From Polyangiaceae bacterium (GTDB lineage Bacteria; Myxococcota_A; Polyangia; Polyangiales; Polyangiaceae), in contig JANRKO010000045.1 of assembly GCA_033763455.1 (NCBI GenBank), positions 83,213-147,212 of the forward strand: a stretch of DNA of 64,000 nucleotides. Direction: 5' to 3'. Both the position numbers and the translations under genes were made by a program. Of the stretch, positions 29,346-39,015 are shown in pieces (the first letter of the stretch is position 1; every line of letters starts with the position of its first letter). Below the pieces are notes generated by a model that was given only the letters and a program-made list of their open reading frames with translations, did not search any database and was not told the origin of the DNA.

Positions 29346-31100
29346 ATGCTAAGTCGCACTTGCTCGATCACGACGGCGCCACGCTTTGGACTGGTTGTCT
29401 TCACCTTCGTGCTTGCCTCCGCGTGCACTGCTCAAATCCCTGACGACTCGCAGCGAGACAGGCGGAGCAGCACACCCCAGGTTGGCGCAACCGCCGCAGG
29501 CGGTGGGTCCGCTACGGGAAGTCAAGGCTCGCAAGGCTCGGGCGGCAACACGCCTCTCGTACCTGGATCCGGTGTAGGGGGCGCACCAGCGCCTACGACG
29601 TGCGAGGCCAACGCATCTGCCATCGCGAGCAGAAGGGTGTGGCTCTTGAGCGATAGCCAATACAACCACTCAGTGGGTACCCTGTTGCCCTCTTTGCCGG
29701 CCCCAAGCCTGAAGACGACAGGCGGTGCGCTGAGTGGGTTTGGTGCGGACGCGGAGGTTGGGCAAGTGAGCGACGCCTCTGCTTTTCAATATTTCACCGC
29801 GGCGCAAGATTACGCAGCAACGGCCGCCAGCAAACTCCCCACACTCACCGGGTGCGAGCCCGCGAATGAAACCTGCGTTTGGGCATGGGCTCAGGATTTC
29901 GCGAGCAAAGCGTTTAGACGCCCATTGAAGCAGCCGGACATAGATGACCTAAAGCGCGTCTTCGACGCTGGCAAGCCGGCAGGGCTCACCGAGGCGGTAA
30001 GGCCCGTCATTTCGGCCGTGCTCCAAGCCCCGTCGTTCCTGTATCGAACCGAGCTCGGCGCAGGATCTGCCTCCGGAGTTGCGCGTATGACTCCATTTGA
30101 AGTGGCTTCGGCACTCTCCTACTTGTTCTTGGATTCAATGCCGGATGGAGAGCTCTTTGCCGCGGCGAACGCCGGCCAGTTGAGCACGTCAGCGGAAATC
30201 CGATCGGCAGCACTACGGCTCCTCAGCGTACCGGCGGCACAGGGTGTCGTCACAGCAGCGTTGATGGATTTCGCGCACCTGTCGCAAGTAGCCTCAGCTG
30301 ACAAAGACCAAACTCTTTTCCCGGAGTTCACACCCGCGCTGAAGGCGAGCATGTTGGAAGAGGCGCGCTCCTTTGTGGACGCCTCCGTGTGGCAGCCCGG
30401 TGGCACCTTGGAACGGCTTTTAACCGCATCCTCCACGACCGTGGACGCAACACTGGCGAAGTACTACGGAATCGCGGAGCCTCCGAACGGCCAAAAAGTG
30501 CCGGCCATGCTTCCCCGCACAGAACGCGCAGGCCTTCTCACCTTACCTGCATTTCTCACGGCGCTGGCCACTCCACAGGTCGGCTCAGTAGTGCACCGAG
30601 GCGTGTTCATTCGACGCGACCTCTTGTGCCAAAATCTTCCTCCCCCACCAGCAGAAGTGCTTGCGCTCCCGAAGGTGGTCGCTCCTGAACGTGAACTCGT
30701 GGCGCAGCGGGCAGCGGATGCAGCTTGTTCCGGCTGCCATAGCCTCATCGATTCGGCCGGGCTGGCCTTCCTACACTACGACGCTATCGGTCGCTACGTG
30801 ACCCAAGAGGGAGGTATGCCTGTAGACGCGGCAACCAATCTGGTGAGCGTTGACTTCGACGGCAACGTAACCGGAGCCCCTGAGCTCGGGCAACGCCTCG
30901 CCGAGAGCCCGTCGGTCAAAGCGTGCCTCGCCACGAAAGTGCTAGGGTATGGCCTAGGGCAACCACATCTCCCGACCGGAACGTGCGCGGCGCAAAAGCT
31001 CGAGGCGGCCTTTTCAGCGAGTCGCGGCGAGCTCAGGACCTTGTTCGTTGAGCTAGCAGCGCTGGATGAATTTAGCCTCCGGGAAGCGAAAAACCCATGA
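29346..31100 (+). CDS. DUF1592/DUF1588-family heme-c lipoprotein, copy 6
   Basis: Likely start ATG 29346; lipobox ASAC; VLQAPSFLYRTE, HRGVFIRRDLLCQNLPPPP, CSGCH, YDAIGRY. Confidence 0.9.
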   Translation: MLSRTCSITTAPRFGLVVFTFVLASACTAQIPDDSQRDRRSSTPQVGATAAGGGSATGSQGSQGSGGNTPLVPGSGVGGAPAPTTCEANASAIASRRVWLLSDSQYNHSVGTLLPSLPAPSLKTTGGALSGFGADAEVGQVSDASAFQYFTAAQDYAATAASKLPTLTGCEPANETCVWAWAQDFASKAFRRPLKQPDIDDLKRVFDAGKPAGLTEAVRPVISAVLQAPSFLYRTELGAGSASGVARMTPFEVASALSYLFLDSMPDGELFAAANAGQLSTSAEIRSAALRLLSVPAAQGVVTAALMDFAHLSQVASADKDQTLFPEFTPALKASMLEEARSFVDASVWQPGGTLERLLTASSTTVDATLAKYYGIAEPPNGQKVPAMLPRTERAGLLTLPAFLTALATPQVGSVVHRGVFIRRDLLCQNLPPPPAEVLALPKVVAPERELVAQRAADAACSGCHSLIDSAGLAFLHYDAIGRYVTQEGGMPVDAATNLVSVDFDGNVTGAPELGQRLAESPSVKACLATKVLGYGLGQPHLPTGTCAAQKLEAAFSASRGELRTLFVELAALDEFSLREAKNP

Positions 31101-32455
31101 GCCACATTTGCCTCAATCGACGTTCTTTTTTGGCCTCCCTCGGGGGTGGCGCGCTCATCGCCGCTCCGTTCTTCCGTAATGAACGCCTGGCTCAAGCACA
31201 AGCTAACGGGCCACAGCGTTTCATGATCATGTACTTCTCCAACGGCCGAGTAAAGTCCCAATGGGCTCCCACTGGAAGTGGCACTTCTTATTCGCTCAGC
31301 CCAACGCTCTCGCCCTTCGAGAAGCTGAAGGGTGACCTCACCGTACTCGAAGGCATTGATGGCGCGCGCGAAGGGAACAGCGAGCCCCACGCCCACTCCA
31401 TGGTCAAGCTCACTACTGGGCTGCCGATTCGTCACCATATCGCCGCCTCCCAGTCGACGGGCCCTAGCATCGATCAAATCCTCGCTGGCCACCCCGCCAT
31501 CTCCACGCGCATTCGCTCACTGCAAGTTACCGCCGATCTCATGATCAACCCCAACGCGGTAGGCCAATATGTGCTTTCGCATGCCGGGCTTGAGCAGCCT
31601 CTGCGGCCTGAAGTGCGGCCACAAGAAATCTACAAGCAAGTATTCAGCGGCATCCTCGGCCCTTCTGCCGGCTCTGGAGCCCCGGATCCAGCTCTAGAGC
31701 GCGCACGCGCCGAGAAGCTAAGCGTGCTCGATTTCTTCAAGCGAGATTGGCAGCGAATGTATGACGTGTTGCCAGCGGCCCAACGCCCAAAGTTGGATGC
31801 CCACCTGGCTGGTATTCGCCAAATCGAAAAATCCCTCGATGCCATGCCCACCACATTGCCGTCCGCCGGCTGTGTGGAACCTACCGACCTGCAGAGTCGC
31901 TTGGCATCTATTCAGGCCCCTCCAAATCCTGACACACTGCCCGTTAGCTATGCGTCGCTTTCGCGACTCAATCTCGATCTCGTTCGCCTGGCATTTGCCT
32001 GCGACGCCACGCGCATCGTCACGTTCTTGTGGGACACCTCCACGTCAAGCATGACGTTTGATGGGTTACTCCCCGGTGGGCGGCACGATGTGCAACATGG
32101 CCTAATCGGCAACACCACTGTGTTGGCCGCATCCGAAAAGTACTTGATGCAGAAAACAGCCGATTGGGTGCAAACTCTGAAGGATACGCCCGAAGGCGCG
32201 GGGAACCTCTTGGACAGCAGCTTAGTCGTTGTATGCAGCGAACATGGCGAAGCCCACGACGATCGCCAGCAACCATTCTTGTTGTTGGGAACAGCTGGTG
32301 GCCGACTCAAGAGTGGCCATTTCGTTACCAAAAGTGGTCGCTACAACAACGACGTTTGGGCAACTGTACAGCGCGCCTTCGATATGCCAGGCGTTGGCGA
32401 CACCTTCGGTGAAGCACAATTCTGCCAGGGCCCCATTCCGGAGCTGCTCGCGTGA
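31097..32455 (+). CDS. DUF1552 family Tat-exported protein
   Basis: LNRRSFLA, MYFSNG, PSIDQIL, LAFACDATR, NLLDSSLVVVCSEHG; overlaps both neighbours by 4 nt. Confidence 0.9.
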   Translation: MSHICLNRRSFLASLGGGALIAAPFFRNERLAQAQANGPQRFMIMYFSNGRVKSQWAPTGSGTSYSLSPTLSPFEKLKGDLTVLEGIDGAREGNSEPHAHSMVKLTTGLPIRHHIAASQSTGPSIDQILAGHPAISTRIRSLQVTADLMINPNAVGQYVLSHAGLEQPLRPEVRPQEIYKQVFSGILGPSAGSGAPDPALERARAEKLSVLDFFKRDWQRMYDVLPAAQRPKLDAHLAGIRQIEKSLDAMPTTLPSAGCVEPTDLQSRLASIQAPPNPDTLPVSYASLSRLNLDLVRLAFACDATRIVTFLWDTSTSSMTFDGLLPGGRHDVQHGLIGNTTVLAASEKYLMQKTADWVQTLKDTPEGAGNLLDSSLVVVCSEHGEAHDDRQQPFLLLGTAGGRLKSGHFVTKSGRYNNDVWATVQRAFDMPGVGDTFGEAQFCQGPIPELLA

Positions 32456-33417
32456 AGATCCTTCCAAGCGTGCTCACAATCTTTATCAGCAGCGTCATCG
32501 CTTGTGGCACTCCAACCACTGGGCGCTCTGCGCGAATGCTTGAGGTCGCGAATGGCGGCGCCACTGCGTCGTCCGCGAGTGGTGGACTCGGTGTGAATTC
32601 TGGCGGCATGCCTCTTGGCGGGCGCGCCACCGTTGGAACAGGAGCACCCGGGACAGGGGGCGCCACACCTGGTGCAGGTGGGGTGCCTTCGACGCAAGCG
32701 GGCGGTATGTTTGGCACTAGCACCAGCGGCGGCAGCTCCATGGCAACGTCAGGAGGTAACCTGGGCTCTGGAGGTGCGGCACCTACCGCCACTGGGGGAG
32801 CAAGCAGCGGCGTGGGTGGAGCCTCGCCCTTACCCGCAGGATCTCCCGGAGAGCAGCTCAACGGCTTTCGGATCGAGATCGCTTGCCAGGGGCCACACAA
32901 CCCAGCGGACGAAACTTGTTACTTTCAGCAACCCTTCAACTGGGGCACCGATTCCACCGCTGCTGAGCTTGAGGCCCTCAACAACAAGCTAGACCGATTT
33001 TCGACCTTCGACGTGGGTGGGGATCCGAACGTCATCTACGATCTAGCCATCCGGGTACAAGGCGTTATTGAGACATGCCAGTGGTCGGGTGGCACCGCAG
33101 TTAATCCACACTTCATGATTGGTGGAGGCCCAAGCGGCGATGTTAACTACTTCCAATACGTACTGCAAACCTCCGATCCGCCAGCAACCTACGGCCTGAA
33201 CGGCGGCGGCTACGGTCACAACTTAACCAAGATGGACTACACCGCCTCGGTCCGCGCAAAAGGGGGCTCTCGCATCACCGTGCGTGTGCGCGACCGTAAT
33301 GTGGTGCAAGTGGCTAATTGGGAGATGTTCTCCGTACCGGGGATTGCGCCAGCGCCAGCTATCTACGACGGGCAACACCTCCAATTCACCGTCACAGCTG
33401 CGGTTCCCGCGCAATAG
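32452..33417 (+). CDS. Lipoprotein with Gly-rich linker and unknown beta-rich C-terminal domain
   Basis: Lipobox VIAC, ~110 aa G/S/T/A linker, globular C-terminal domain; GTGA coupling to the DUF1552 gene. Confidence 0.75.
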   Translation: MKILPSVLTIFISSVIACGTPTTGRSARMLEVANGGATASSASGGLGVNSGGMPLGGRATVGTGAPGTGGATPGAGGVPSTQAGGMFGTSTSGGSSMATSGGNLGSGGAAPTATGGASSGVGGASPLPAGSPGEQLNGFRIEIACQGPHNPADETCYFQQPFNWGTDSTAAELEALNNKLDRFSTFDVGGDPNVIYDLAIRVQGVIETCQWSGGTAVNPHFMIGGGPSGDVNYFQYVLQTSDPPATYGLNGGGYGHNLTKMDYTASVRAKGGSRITVRVRDRNVVQVANWEMFSVPGIAPAPAIYDGQHLQFTVTAAVPAQ

Positions 33418-33607
33418 ATTCGCCGTTAGCCAGGGCGCTTGTGCCGGCTGGCGACGTTCGACGCTCGGCCCGAACACCCTTATTCGATTCCGGCCCCGAA
33501 CGGCGCCACGCGCTGGCCACGCCTGTGCCCATTCTGACCGAAAAGTCTTGGCAATTCCCCTAGCCATGAACATCTATGCTAGCTATCCTTGCTTATCAGG
33601 GCAGCGT

Positions 33608-35476
33608 ATGAGTTTGGCTACGAGACCTCGTTTGACTCGACTGTTAACCTTGGCTGCTGCGTTAGCGGTTAGCTGTCAACCGTCTCCAAGCGAGCGCACT
33701 CGCAGCGGCGAGGCCCCTTACGGGGGAGCCAGTTCGGTGGGTGGTGCCAACGCGGGAGCTTCCGTGGGTGGAGCAGACGCGAGTTTCGGCGGCGGTACAG
33801 GTAGCGGCACCGCAAGTAGCGGAGGTTCCGGTAGTGGTGGGGCACCCCAGCCAGTAGTGGATAGCGCAGAGCTTCCGCTGCGTCGGTTAAGTCGCGTGCA
33901 GATGCGAAATGCGCTGGACGACGCATTCCGCCTTGCCGCGCCCGCCCAAGGCGCCAACATGGTGAGCGCGTACGATTGGCAAATTGGCTTTTACCCGGCG
34001 GATCGCCTAACGAACGCGAGCGGCGAGAAGCATGGCGGATATGGCAGGCTTGATCAGAGCGTTCAACAATCACACGTCGACGCGCTGCTTGAGCTTGCCA
34101 ATATCGTGAGCACCAGCGTCACGTCTCAGCCTGCCTGGATAACGGAGTTAGTGGGCGCTTGCGCCACAGACGCGAATGCCACCAACGATGTTACGTGCCT
34201 TCGAGATTTTGTGTCCCGTTTCGGCCGCATTCTCCTTCGGCACCCTCTCGGCTCCACCGAGGTGGACTTCTACACATCGGTGAGCGATCCCAATCCCAAT
34301 ACGGTAAGTGCTGAATCGATCGGCAAGGTGCTAGGCCTGCTCATTCTCGCTCCTGATTTCTTGTACTTTGTGGAGCATGGCCAAGCCACGGCTTTGGGGG
34401 ATGTAATCCCGCTGACGGCGCATGAGCTGGCGGCTCGTTTGTCCTTTCATTTTTGGCAGTCTGGGCCTGATGCGGAGCTCAATTCGCTCGCCGATGCGGG
34501 CACTTTGCTGGATGATGCCACGTTCAACGCCCAAGTAGCTCGTCTTGCGGCGGATCCCAAAGCGGAGTCGGCCGTGCGCGAGTTCTTTGGCGAGTGGCTG
34601 AGGCTTGAGGAGCTGGAAAATCCCTTGGGCCAAGGCGGAGCCGTTTGGGACGCACTTCGAGGCACGTTCACACCCACTTTGGACACCAAGAAGAATACGG
34701 TGGCGGAAATCTTGGATCTAGTGGCTTACCTCTATCGCAACAACGCCAAGCTGAGCGATGTCCTCACCAGCCGCGCGTACGTGACGCAGGCGAATGACAT
34801 TGCTGAGCTCTACGGGCAGCCCGCCTGGAACGGGCAAGGCACGCCGCCGGAATTTCAAGATCCTGCGCGCGCGGGCTTACTCACTCGCATAGCGCTCGTT
34901 GCGTCCTACAGCGCAAACACTCGCCCCATCATGAAGGGCTTTAGAGTCCGCAATGCGCTCTTGTGTCAGACCTTGCCTCCGCCACCCCCGAGCGCGATGA
35001 ACGCAACGGTTGATTTGGCCCCAGATCTTACCACACGCGAAGTGGTGGAGCGGCTCACGGAAACACCTGGGACGGCCTGCTTGGCGTGTCACAGGCAGCT
35101 CAATCCGCTCGGGTACCTTACGGAGAATTTTGATCCCCTGGGGCGCACGCGAGCGACGCAGAAGCTCTACGATTCTGCTGGGATGCTGATCGCTGAAAAG
35201 GCCGTGAACACCCAGGCTGCCCCCCTGGTAACGCCGAACGACATGGCGCAGGCCAGCTCCGCAGCGGAGCTCACCGCTCAGATTGTGGCTTCTGGCGAAT
35301 TTGAGCGCTGCTTTTCGCAGCAATATTTCCGCTACACCTTTGGCAGGGTGGATAAGCCGGCTGACACGCCCGTGCTCGAAGGCATCCAGGCCACGGCCGT
35401 GGCCGGGAGCACTCTGAGGGAGCTGCTTTCGAAGGTCGCCACCACCACTAATTTCAAGACGAGGGATTTTCGATGA
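33608..35476 (+). CDS. DUF1592/DUF1588-family heme-c lipoprotein, copy 7 (divergent subtype)
   Basis: Likely start ATG 33608; lipobox AVSC; LRRLSRVQ, HELAARLSFHFWQSGPD, TRPIMKGFRVRNALLC, CLACH, FDPLGR. Confidence 0.88.
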   Translation: MSLATRPRLTRLLTLAAALAVSCQPSPSERTRSGEAPYGGASSVGGANAGASVGGADASFGGGTGSGTASSGGSGSGGAPQPVVDSAELPLRRLSRVQMRNALDDAFRLAAPAQGANMVSAYDWQIGFYPADRLTNASGEKHGGYGRLDQSVQQSHVDALLELANIVSTSVTSQPAWITELVGACATDANATNDVTCLRDFVSRFGRILLRHPLGSTEVDFYTSVSDPNPNTVSAESIGKVLGLLILAPDFLYFVEHGQATALGDVIPLTAHELAARLSFHFWQSGPDAELNSLADAGTLLDDATFNAQVARLAADPKAESAVREFFGEWLRLEELENPLGQGGAVWDALRGTFTPTLDTKKNTVAEILDLVAYLYRNNAKLSDVLTSRAYVTQANDIAELYGQPAWNGQGTPPEFQDPARAGLLTRIALVASYSANTRPIMKGFRVRNALLCQTLPPPPPSAMNATVDLAPDLTTREVVERLTETPGTACLACHRQLNPLGYLTENFDPLGRTRATQKLYDSAGMLIAEKAVNTQAAPLVTPNDMAQASSAAELTAQIVASGEFERCFSQQYFRYTFGRVDKPADTPVLEGIQATAVAGSTLRELLSKVATTTNFKTRDFR

Positions 35477-37038
35477 GCCGGTCTTCCTCCCGCCTGCACC
35501 GTCGCTGGTTCCTTGCTGGAGCCGGCGGGGCGCTTTTGCCTTTGCCACTTCTCGGTTCACTCTTCTCACCGGGCACCTCAGAAGCGCAGGCGTTGCGAGA
35601 AAAGTGTTTTGGCTTTTTCTACCAGCCCCATGGTAACGCCTACCAGCGGGACATGTACCCGAGCCAGGCCACGCTCACTAACACCATGGCCTACGCCGGC
35701 CACACGATCCGCAATGGCGCGTTGGTGGGCAACGATAGCGCTGGGGAAATGCGTGTCTCGGAGGTGCTGAGGGCACCTTCGACGCGGCTTTCTCAAGCCT
35801 TGGTGGCCAAGATGAACGTGCTCATGGGTCTCGATGTGCCCTTCTACCAAAGCCACAACACCGGGATGGCGCTTGGAAATTTTGGGGACAACCAGCAAGG
35901 GATCAAATCGGTGGTCGCCAATGGCCGCCGCCCAACGCTTGATCAAATCCTGGCTTGGTCCCCAACCTTTTATTCAGATGCGTCACGTGTGGTGAACCGC
36001 TCTGTGGTGCTTGGCGATCAATCCTTCGCTCATGCAAACCCGAAAACCAGGGTGGGGCCCATCGAAATGGTGGGCAAGACAGCACAGGGCAGCCGAGATC
36101 TCTTCGATCAACTTTTCAACACAACCACAGGCCCACGCGAGAAGCTTCTTATCGACAAGACGCTCGCCAACTACACGGCGCTCCGTAACGGCAACCAACG
36201 CTTGTCCTCCGGGGACAAGCGGCGCCTGGACGATCATATCGAAAGCCTCTACGAGCTCCAACGCAAGCTGATAGCTGCGACGAGCGGCACTCCGCCGCCC
36301 CGCCCGGCCACGAACAGCACCGATCTCTCAAACAAGACCGAATACAGCATGGATCCGGCGCTTCAGGTGCAGGCCTACCAGCTTTGGAATGACGTCATTG
36401 TGGCGGCATTTTCAACCGGCACGTCGCGCGTGATCAGCACCAGCATCTGGGATGCCTCGTTCACCACCTATCCGGGATCGGCCTATGGCGGCTCTTGGCA
36501 CCAAGAGGTAGCCCACAAAGCCTCCATCGACGCAGCAGCCTACACCCTGCTGCTCACCTCATACCGCACATTCTTCGCAGACGTGTTCGTCGATCTCGCC
36601 AAGAAGCTGGACGCGGTGGATCGCGGTGGAGGCACCACCTTGCTGGATGATTGCCTCCTGTTCTGGACGCATGAATCTGGGCACCACACCCACGATCCGA
36701 TCTGTGTCCCCGTGGTCACGTTCGGATCGGCCGCAGGTGGCATGAAAACTGGTCAATTCTGCGACTACAGAGATCTCACCCGCAAGATGAAGGGTGGTGA
36801 TGATCTCCAGAAGGAAGACTACGAGATAGGGCTGCTTTGGCATCAATGGCTCGGCAGCGTGTTCCAAGCTCTGGGTATACCCAAATCAGAGTATGAAGTT
36901 CCCGCGGAGAACGGCGGCTATCCCAACTTTCACTGGCAGCAGACGGACTATTACACTCTCGTGGGAGGCGAAAAGACGCTGTACCCTGACAGCGTGTGGA
37001 ACGTTACCGGGGAGATGTTGCCGTGGCTGGGACCGTGA
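35473..37038 (+). CDS. DUF1552 family Tat-exported protein (longer subtype)
   Basis: LHRRWFLAGAGG, PTLDQILA, DKRRLDDHI, WHQEVAH, TLLDDCL..THESG. Confidence 0.85.
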   Translation: MSRSSSRLHRRWFLAGAGGALLPLPLLGSLFSPGTSEAQALREKCFGFFYQPHGNAYQRDMYPSQATLTNTMAYAGHTIRNGALVGNDSAGEMRVSEVLRAPSTRLSQALVAKMNVLMGLDVPFYQSHNTGMALGNFGDNQQGIKSVVANGRRPTLDQILAWSPTFYSDASRVVNRSVVLGDQSFAHANPKTRVGPIEMVGKTAQGSRDLFDQLFNTTTGPREKLLIDKTLANYTALRNGNQRLSSGDKRRLDDHIESLYELQRKLIAATSGTPPPRPATNSTDLSNKTEYSMDPALQVQAYQLWNDVIVAAFSTGTSRVISTSIWDASFTTYPGSAYGGSWHQEVAHKASIDAAAYTLLLTSYRTFFADVFVDLAKKLDAVDRGGGTTLLDDCLLFWTHESGHHTHDPICVPVVTFGSAAGGMKTGQFCDYRDLTRKMKGGDDLQKEDYEIGLLWHQWLGSVFQALGIPKSEYEVPAENGGYPNFHWQQTDYYTLVGGEKTLYPDSVWNVTGEMLPWLGP

Positions 37039-39015
37039 GGTTCCGAGTGCGCGATCACATCCAGGCACCATCCTTTTTTATCGTCCTTTGCTGCTCGTTC
37101 TTCGCGTGCTCTTCTGAGCAGGCATCGAAAGCACCGGTCGGCTCAGGTGGTTTCAGCGCTGTTGGAGGTGGGGGAAGCATCGGCGGCGCAAGAGCTGGAG
37201 TGATGGTCGCTTCTGCGGGCGGTATTCCGGCAGCCGGCGGTGCGATTGGTTCTGCCGGGGGCACTCCGGGGTTCGGTGGTGTGGCGAATGCGCAAGTTGG
37301 AGGCGCGGTTGCGATTGGTGGCGGGCCGGGTAGTTCAGCGAGCTCTGGGGGAACGGGTGGAGCCGCTCAGAATTTTGGATTCTTCGTCGCCGTAGGGGAC
37401 GTCGGGCGTAGCACCATTTCCTGCGACGACGGGCAGAGCTGGGTAGCCAATCGTTCTGACGACGATGCGCGGCGGTGTTGGAGTCAAACCAATGGGGATT
37501 GCGATCACGATCCCGGGCAAGCCCGCGGCCTTGCGTTTCACGCTGGCCAATTTGTAGCTTCCTTTGGCTGGACCAACGGCGGCTCCACCATTCGAACCTC
37601 TGCAGACGGCGTTAACTGGACAACAGTCTTCACCCAGGCCGATCCATCACACCTAGGCACCGGCGGAGCCCTCTTTGGGCGCGGCGTTTGGCTTGTTCCG
37701 ACCGCTTATGGGCCGCTCCTAGCCACTTCCCCTGAAGGCACTTGGGAGACCTTGGGCGCGATTCAAGCGGGGGATGTAAGTTTAGCGCACGTGCGCGCTG
37801 CGGCTTTCGGCGGGTCTGCCGAAGGAGCCTTCATCGTTGTAGGCGGCGTTTCTGGTGGGGGTCTAGTTTCAGGGGCAGAAGACGTCCTTGTCTCGACCAA
37901 TCCGCGCACCGGTTGGACTCGCGCGGCAACTCTCAGTGCCTGCACCAAGTCGGCCTATCGTAACCGTAGCGCCAAGTGCACAGCTTGACGATGCTCCAAA
38001 ATTAGGGTGAGCGAGCTCAACTCGGGGCTGGAGGCGGACGCCAATTTTCCGGGAGAAGCTGGTCGATTCGGCTGGCGGGTGTGGAGTCGAGCTTAGTTAG
38101 GATGTCGGTGAGGTATGCTAACGGATTAACGCCGTTGGCTTCGCAGGTCGCCAGCACGGTGTAGAGATTTGCGAGATTTTCGCCTGATTCCTGATTGCCG
38201 ACAAATAGGAAGTTCTTTCTGCCGAGAGCGACGACGCGCAGAGCTCGTTCGGACTGGTTATTGTCGGGTGGAATGAGGGCATTCTCAAGAAACCGAGTCA
38301 ACGCTTCCCAGTTCTTGCAAGCATAGCTGATGGCACGGCCGAGCTTGCTCTTCGGTAGCTGACGCGGTTCTTGTTCGTGCATCCAGAGTTGCAAGCTTTC
38401 CATGAGCGGCACACTCAATTGCTGGCGTAGCTTCAGGTGCTCAGGTGTTCGGGCTATGCCGCGCTCAAGCGCGGTGTGCTCAACAACGTAAACTTGGCGG
38501 ATGATTTCCAGTGCTGCTTTTGCTTCCGGCGCGTCTTTCAGTGCATCAAAAAACTTGCGGCGCGCATGAGCGAGGCATCCTGCGCGTTCTCGCCCATCCA
38601 CCTGCGTGACTGCGTTGTACCCAGTGTAGGCATCAACCACCAACGTCCCTTGCGTGCCACCGAGTACAAGTTTGGGTGTTTGCCCGCTTCGATCTGGACT
38701 GAAACAGTACGCGATGGATTTGCCGGCAATGAAAGTCCACACATAGGGGCGCTTAGCGCTCTCTTGTGTTCGATGCGTTGTTTCGTCCGCAAGCACAATG
38801 TCGGAGGTTGCAATTTGTGCGAGGATCCGCCGCGCGACAATGCCGAGAGCATTACCTACACGATTGTAGAGCGTATTCATCGTGCTTCGCGACATCGGCA
38901 TTCCGAGGCGTTGAAACGACTTTTCGAGCCGATAAAGCGGCACGCAATCCAGTGTTTTGGTAACGGCGAGATAGGCCATAAACCCGGGCCCGTATTGGAT
39001 CTTCTCGAAAACCTT

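Noticed and set aside
33284..33607. 108-aa N-terminal extension of DUF1592 copy 7 (similar extensions at 5758, 14961, 19235, 24042, 29292, 48938)
   Set aside because: They overlap upstream genes or regulatory DNA, and most bury the signal peptide; downstream starts fit better
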